From positions 1-46,647 of IMG/VR virus record IMGVR_UViG_3300045988_053844: a DNA stretch of 46,647 bases. The stretch is one strand, 5' to 3'. The notes below the pieces were generated by a model. The model made no database searches, had not been told where the DNA came from, and worked only from the letters and a program-made list of their open reading frames with translations. Made by a program: the position numbers and the translations under genes. Of the stretch, positions 42,715 through 46,647 are shown in pieces (within the stretch, counting starts at the first letter, position 1; every line of letters starts with the position of its first letter). The stretch comes from a virus.

Positions 42715-43159
42715 AGGGTTAAGCGAATTTATGTATAGCCAGCTTGACGAATTGGAGGAACTGTTCAAGAAAAAGCATGAACAGTATTCCTCCGGCGCAG
42801 ATGAGCTTGCTAATTTTCGCTGCGGCGCGCTTCTGAACGGACGTAGCGACGATGCAGAGGGAATGTTTGAGGAGCTGAAAGCGTATATGGCAAAGCATAT
42901 CGCCTTTGTTTATACTCACGATATTCACGGCGATAAAATCGCTGAAAGTTTGAAGGACATTGCCGTATACAGTCTGATTGGCTTATATATGGCGGAGCTG
43001 GCAAAGGAAGAGGACGAAGAAACATATAGTCTGGGGCCTTGCCTTGATAGTGCTTTAATCGCAGCTGCAAACAAAAGCATTAAAGCTTTTCGCAATTTAC
43101 AAAATGAGCTTAATTCTGGCAATTCAGTACAGAAAAGCAATGAGGATGCAGAAAAATGA
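42707..43159 (+). CDS. All-alpha MazG/DUF1599-like protein, 150 aa
   Basis: AAGGAGG RBS. KKKHEQYSSGADELANFRCGA...KHIAFVY resembles DUF1599 / NTP-pyrophosphohydrolase-like proteins (recollection). Confidence 0.45.
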   Translation: MNKGLSEFMYSQLDELEELFKKKHEQYSSGADELANFRCGALLNGRSDDAEGMFEELKAYMAKHIAFVYTHDIHGDKIAESLKDIAVYSLIGLYMAELAKEEDEETYSLGPCLDSALIAAANKSIKAFRNLQNELNSGNSVQKSNEDAEK

Positions 43160-43581
43160 AATTAACATTTACGATTCCAGGCGAACCGACGGCGCAGGGA
43201 CGGCCTCGCTTGTCTACTCATGGCGGATTTGTAAAAGCATACGACCCGGAGAAAAGCCGCAACTATAAAGCCTACGTCAAACTGTTAGCTAGTGAAGCGA
43301 TGCAAAATATAGGGCTGACGCTCACGGAATTGCCCCTGGGCGTTGAGATAATAGCTGACGTGGGTATTCCTGCCAGCAAGTCAAAAAAATTCAAGGAGCA
43401 GGCTTTAAACGGCTTGCAACTGCCAATCAAAAAGCCGGATGTTGATAACGTCGCAAAGATTATTCTTGATTCTATATCTGGTATTGTCTATAAGGATGAT
43501 AAGCAGATTGTTAAGCTTACAGTTTATAAAAAATATAGTGATATTCCGAAGGTTGAGGTAAAAATTTATAATGTTGAATAA
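43156..43581 (+). CDS. rusA: RusA-family Holliday junction resolvase, 141 aa
   Basis: FTIPGEPTAQGRPR...KKPDVDNVAKIILDSISGIVYKDDKQI is the RusA signature. Confidence 0.85.
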   Translation: MKLTFTIPGEPTAQGRPRLSTHGGFVKAYDPEKSRNYKAYVKLLASEAMQNIGLTLTELPLGVEIIADVGIPASKSKKFKEQALNGLQLPIKKPDVDNVAKIILDSISGIVYKDDKQIVKLTVYKKYSDIPKVEVKIYNVE

Positions 43582-43957
43582 TTGTTTGATACTTGGCTGG
43601 GTAAAATTTGAACCGGATGCAAAAGTTATGAAGAACGGCAAAGAGGTATGCACCCTGGAAATACAGTGTGCTCGCCAATATCGAGATAAAGATAATAAGC
43701 GCGTTTACGATTACATTTCTTGCCGCTGCTTTGTGCCTGGACTGATTAAATATATCAGCAATTTTGTTACAAAAGGCTCGCAAGTTATTGTGGGCGGCCG
43801 CTTCCAGACTGATTTATATGTGGACAGAAACGGCAAAAACTCTAAGGCAAGCTACTTGCTGATGGAGCATTTGGAATGTGTCAGAATTGCGGAAAATACA
43901 GCGCCGTATCCTCCGAAAGAGGAACGGAAAGACCCGCTTGATGATGTGGACTGGTAA
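43571..43957 (+). CDS. ssb: Single-stranded DNA-binding protein (OB fold), 128 aa
   Basis: MLNNCLILGWV...DYISCRCFVPGLIKYISNFVTKGSQVIVGGRFQTDLYVDRNG follows the SSB pattern. Acidic tail ending in DDVDW. Confidence 0.75.
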   Translation: MLNNCLILGWVKFEPDAKVMKNGKEVCTLEIQCARQYRDKDNKRVYDYISCRCFVPGLIKYISNFVTKGSQVIVGGRFQTDLYVDRNGKNSKASYLLMEHLECVRIAENTAPYPPKEERKDPLDDVDW

Positions 43958-43962
43958 AGAAA

Positions 43963-44463
43963 ATGGACTACGCAGAAGCCGCAGATTATGCAGAAAGCTT
44001 ACTCTTTGCAAAAAACGCGATTGGTAAAGCGGTTGTTTCCGCCAGGATGCAGCAGAGGGCGGAACGCTTGGAATTTGATATGAGGACCGGCGGCGATTCT
44101 ACGGCACGGCTCGCGATTCAAGCGGTAACGCCGCTTGCCGCGGTCCGTTGTATTTATCTTGGGCAGGCGTTTTTGGTTTACCAGCCGGAAAAATGGCTGG
44201 ATGTTATGGAACGTTCGCTTCTTCTGTTTCGGCAGCGGTTTGGTGACAAGTCTTATAAGGCGATTCAACATCGGTACGTATACCATTGGACGGTCCGCAA
44301 AATTTCCGTAATTGATGAGATTAGCCCGCAGGTGTATGCGCTTCGCCGCCGCTCGTTCATTGACGGCTTGCTCATGCTGGCGATTCAAGAAGGATTGATT
44401 CGGATTGATATAAACGCGAACAGTTTCCAAAAGGCCAGGGCAGAACAGAAGCAAGAAAAGTAA
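43963..44463 (+). CDS. Sigma-region-4/ArpU-like putative late transcription regulator, 166 aa
   Basis: Last gene of the early operon. AIQHRYVYHWTVRKISVIDEISPQVYALRRRSFIDGLL is region-4-like. Confidence 0.45.
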   Translation: MDYAEAADYAESLLFAKNAIGKAVVSARMQQRAERLEFDMRTGGDSTARLAIQAVTPLAAVRCIYLGQAFLVYQPEKWLDVMERSLLLFRQRFGDKSYKAIQHRYVYHWTVRKISVIDEISPQVYALRRRSFIDGLLMLAIQEGLIRIDINANSFQKARAEQKQEK

Positions 44464-44514
44464 AGGCAGGCGCGCGGCGCTGCCGCTTCCAAACATTAAG
44501 AAAACGCTTGCTAT

Positions 44515-44546
44515 AAAGCCCGGTGCTGCCGGGCTTTTTTGCTTTT
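44515..44546 (+). terminator. Rho-independent terminator ending the rightward early operon
   Basis: AAAGCCCGG / CCGGGCTTT stem with a tgctg loop, then a ttttgcttttc tail. Confidence 0.75.
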
Positions 44547-44681
44547 CGCTTCCCTAAAGTATGTGCCACGCGCGCAGAAAAGGGCCGCCACGTGTTCCAA
44601 TCATGGCAGCCCTAGGATTATACCTGTAAAACATTTCGACTTCAAAAATATATAGCCTGCTCGCATTTATAGGATACAGAA

Positions 44682-44715
44682 AAGCCCCGGGGCGTTTGCC
44701 CTGGGGCTTGTTTTT
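44682..44715. terminator. Bidirectional terminator ending the minus-strand operon
   Basis: AAGCCCCGGGG / CCCTGGGGCTT forms an 11-bp stem with one G-U pair and a 6-nt loop, flanked by an A-run and a T-run. Confidence 0.7.
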
Positions 44716-44735
44716 GAATAGTTTAAGTTGCTGAT

Positions 44736-44939
44736 TCAGCGGTCTAAACAAAAATTGCTTACGCTTGTTCCGTATACTTCCGCCTTATATATGCGGCCGG
44801 GGTTGCCGGTGAAGAACCAGCAAACAAAGAACACTTTCGGTCCGTAAATTGCAACGCTGCAATTATTCGCAAGGTCAATAATAAGATTATGACTATTACG
44901 ACACACGCCGTCAAGCTGATAAAATTTCTTTCGCTTCAC
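44736..44939 (-). CDS. Small Cys-containing beta-rich protein, 67 aa (GTG start; an ATG at 44969 is the alternative)
   Basis: AAGGAGG RBS 7 nt before the GTG. GTGA overlap with the upstream stop. Last gene before the terminator. Confidence 0.4.
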   Translation of the reverse strand: MKRKKFYQLDGVCRNSHNLIIDLANNCSVAIYGPKVFFVCWFFTGNPGRIYKAEVYGTSVSNFCLDR

Positions 44940-45115
44940 TTTAAAGCCTCCTTGATTTCTGCGGTCCATTCGTTCCGGCTTTTAAAGCCGCCTGCTTCCG
45001 CAACCATAGCGGCAATGATACGGCATGAAAAATCATGTTCCGCTTTATGCATTGCCGGTTGCTGGCGAAATTCTTCAATTTTCAGCAATAAATTTAACGC
45101 TTCTTCACGTTTCAT
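44936..45115 (-). CDS. Small helical protein, 59 aa
   Basis: AAGGAGG RBS. Sequence MKREEALNLLLKIEEFRQQPAMHKAEHDFSCRIIAAMVAEAGGFKSRNEWTAEIKEALK. Below the length cut-off of the ORF track. Confidence 0.4.
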   Translation of the reverse strand: MKREEALNLLLKIEEFRQQPAMHKAEHDFSCRIIAAMVAEAGGFKSRNEWTAEIKEALK

Positions 45116-45133
45116 TGCTTCAACCTCCTTGTT

Positions 45134-45772
45134 TTAATAAGCGTTTACCTTCCAATCGTTCCAATCGTCAAAGGTGACAACTGACAGCATTTTACGCAAA
45201 ATGCAAATATTATCTTGGTACGCCGCCTGTTGCTTTTTCAGCATCTGCCAGGCGGCGGCTGCCGCTTCTGCGTCGCTGATGATTTCGGCCGGGCTTTTAC
45301 CGCTGGCCTGCTTTTCCAGGCGCTTCAGCTCGTCGCGCATGTAGTCACCGTTTAAAATGCGGTTATTCCAATCACCGCCGGGGCGGTCCCACGGGCCAAC
45401 CGTAAAGCTCGTATGAACGTGCTCGCGCTTGTCAATGTCATAACTGATTGTTGTTATATCGTAGGTGACAGAGTAGCCGGCGGCGCGGACGGCGTCGCGG
45501 ATAGGCTGCAGCCGTGCGCTTTTCTCGCGCGTTTCCGCCTTGAAAATATCGGTATATGCGATATAGCAGCGACAAACGGCCTGCGCTTCTGCGTTTACCG
45601 CTTCTGCCGCGAAAAATTCGGCGGCGAAATGGTTGGCCAGGTCGGCCACGGTCTGCGCCGGTGTAATACGTGCCACGTGTTCGCGGCATAAACGCCAGCA
45701 TAACGCGCGGCGCGGTTCTACCGCTGCCAGGCTCGTTTCTATAGCTTTCGCTAATAATTCGGCTTTATTCAT
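45134..45772 (-). CDS. Unknown protein, 212 aa, G+C-rich
   Basis: AAGGGAGGA RBS. Ala/Arg-rich sequence using GCG/GCC/CGC codons, unlike the virion genes. Confidence 0.6.
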   Translation of the reverse strand: MNKAELLAKAIETSLAAVEPRRALCWRLCREHVARITPAQTVADLANHFAAEFFAAEAVNAEAQAVCRCYIAYTDIFKAETREKSARLQPIRDAVRAAGYSVTYDITTISYDIDKREHVHTSFTVGPWDRPGGDWNNRILNGDYMRDELKRLEKQASGKSPAEIISDAEAAAAAWQMLKKQQAAYQDNICILRKMLSVVTFDDWNDWKVNAY

Positions 45773-45880
45773 TGTTTATGTCCTCCCTTTTAAATTTTCA
45801 AGGTTCATTTTTTGGCCTGCCTCATCAGTACCGGGGCGGCCAGTCCCCGATATACGCCGCCGCGCTGGCGGCGTTTCGGC

Positions 45881-46441
45881 TTATTGTAACAAGGGCGTTT
45901 CCGGGCGGTACTTTAAAAACTCGCTGCCGTGCAGGTCGCGGATTTGGTCCATGCTCAACGTGCGGCGGACCTTCTTCACCCATTCCCCGGCGTGCCAATA
46001 CCATAATTTTTTCTTGCTGGCCCATCTGCAGCCCGCTTCCTTTAAAACGTCCTTGGCGGCTTTCGTTTCGCCGCCAATCCATAACCAATTACCGCATATC
46101 TCGATTTCAAGGCCTTTCAAGCCCATGAGCACGGCCAGAATTTCGGCGAATTCCGCTTGTTCGGCCAGGATTTCGGCGGCTGTTTTATAGGTGCCGTCGG
46201 CTTTCTTGTTGCGCTGCCACTCCTGGCGGCTTTCGCTTTCGGCAAGTTCGGCGGCGCGCTTGTCGTGCGCTGCACTCATTGCCTTAAATTCGGCGTCCGT
46301 GCCTCCCTTGTCGGGGTGGCAGCTCATGCAGGCTTTTTTAAACGCCTTTTTCAGTTCCTCGATTGTTTCGCAAGCGGCAAAAATCTTTTTCCAGTCCATT
46401 TTCTTTTCCTCCTTTTGTGTTTGTTCTTTTTGTGTAGTCAT
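45881..46441 (-). CDS. J-domain (DnaJ-like, HPD motif) protein with Trp-rich C-terminal domain, 186 aa
   Basis: AGGAGG RBS. IEELKKAFKKACMSCHPDKGG, with HPD encoded at nt 46310-46318. C-terminal LEIEICGNWLWIGGETKAAKDVLKEAGCRWASKKKLWYWH. Confidence 0.75.
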   Translation of the reverse strand: MTTQKEQTQKEEKKMDWKKIFAACETIEELKKAFKKACMSCHPDKGGTDAEFKAMSAAHDKRAAELAESESRQEWQRNKKADGTYKTAAEILAEQAEFAEILAVLMGLKGLEIEICGNWLWIGGETKAAKDVLKEAGCRWASKKKLWYWHAGEWVKKVRRTLSMDQIRDLHGSEFLKYRPETPLLQ

Positions 46442-46548
46442 TTTTAGTTCCTCCTAAATATAGCCATGTTGACTAGTTGTTTGTTTTTATGTCTATGATT
46501 ATAGCGTATGCGGCTATACTTGTCAATAGCTAAAACGGATATTTTTAT

Positions 46549-46647
46549 ATTTTTTTTGACTTGTTTTTTAGGCGCGGCGGCTATATAATGTAGATAAACA
46601 AGATTGGAGGGTAAAACATGAGCAAACAAGCAAGCCAAGCTATAAAG
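46549..46647 (+). repeat. Terminal direct repeat, right copy
   Basis: Identical to nt 1-99. The truncated ATG at 46618 is the same gene start as nt 70, not a second gene. Confidence 0.95.

Larger units (their letters stand above)
1..46647. mobile_element. Complete circularly closed temperate phage genome with a podovirus-like virion module; unique length 46548 bp
   Basis: Packaging, head, tail, lysis, integration, immunity, recombination and replication modules are all present. Nt 1-99 are identical to 46549-46647, so the contig closes on itself. Confidence 0.85.

Noticed and set aside
43999-44496. 165-aa minus-strand ORF opposite the sigma-like gene
   Set aside because: It has an R/N/P-rich low-quality translation and no RBS. 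It would run against the early operon and across its terminator.
45633-46190. 185-aa and 118-aa + strand ORFs overlapping the J-domain operon
   Set aside because: They are antisense shadows in a G+C-rich region, where stop codons are rare. The translations are R/A/S-rich with no RBS. The minus-strand genes have strong RBSs and recognisable motifs.
46618-46647. Apparent truncated CDS at the right end of the window
   Set aside because: It is the duplicated first 10 codons of the 70-342 gene within the 99-nt assembly overlap, not an independent feature.

Overview
The window is one complete, circularly closed temperate dsDNA phage genome. Nt 1-99 are repeated exactly at 46549-46647, which is an assembly overlap, so the unique length is 46548 bp. 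Most genes are on the + strand, with AGGAGG-type RBSs and frequent ATGA/TAATG start-stop coupling.

Gene order, left to right:
- a small HTH gene, then a 270-bp AT-rich promoter or pac-like region
- terS, a 330-bp non-coding gap, terL
- a T7/BPP-1-style podovirus morphogenesis block: portal, Bbp19-like protein, scaffold, major capsid, cement, adaptor, nozzle, internal ejected proteins (one with an SLT transglycosylase, one a 2451-aa polyvalent protein with HExxH), and a collagen-repeat tail fibre with its chaperone
- holin and endolysin
- a cluster of small membrane proteins, including two fully overlapping reading frames
- a LuxR/sigma-r4-type regulator
- a terminator-bounded five-gene cargo cassette: Q/M-rich proteins, a G/W-rich membrane protein with a CCCE motif, and a BclA-C-terminal-like protein
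- attP with 11-bp arm repeats
- tyrosine integrase (-), a membrane protein (-) and a CI-like repressor (-)
- a divergent early operon: HTH, LysM, YqaJ exonuclease, XRE, RecT, an iteron-flanked origin, replisome organiser/DnaD, C5 DNA methyltransferase, many small ORFs, RusA, SSB and a sigma-like regulator
- a visibly G+C-richer four-gene minus-strand operon headed by a J-domain (HPD) protein, divergent across the circular junction from the HTH gene

I found no rRNA, tRNA, CRISPR array, reverse transcriptase or transposase. All family assignments come from motifs read by eye and recalled family signatures. No database search was run. The host is probably a Firmicute, possibly a diderm one; this is inference only.
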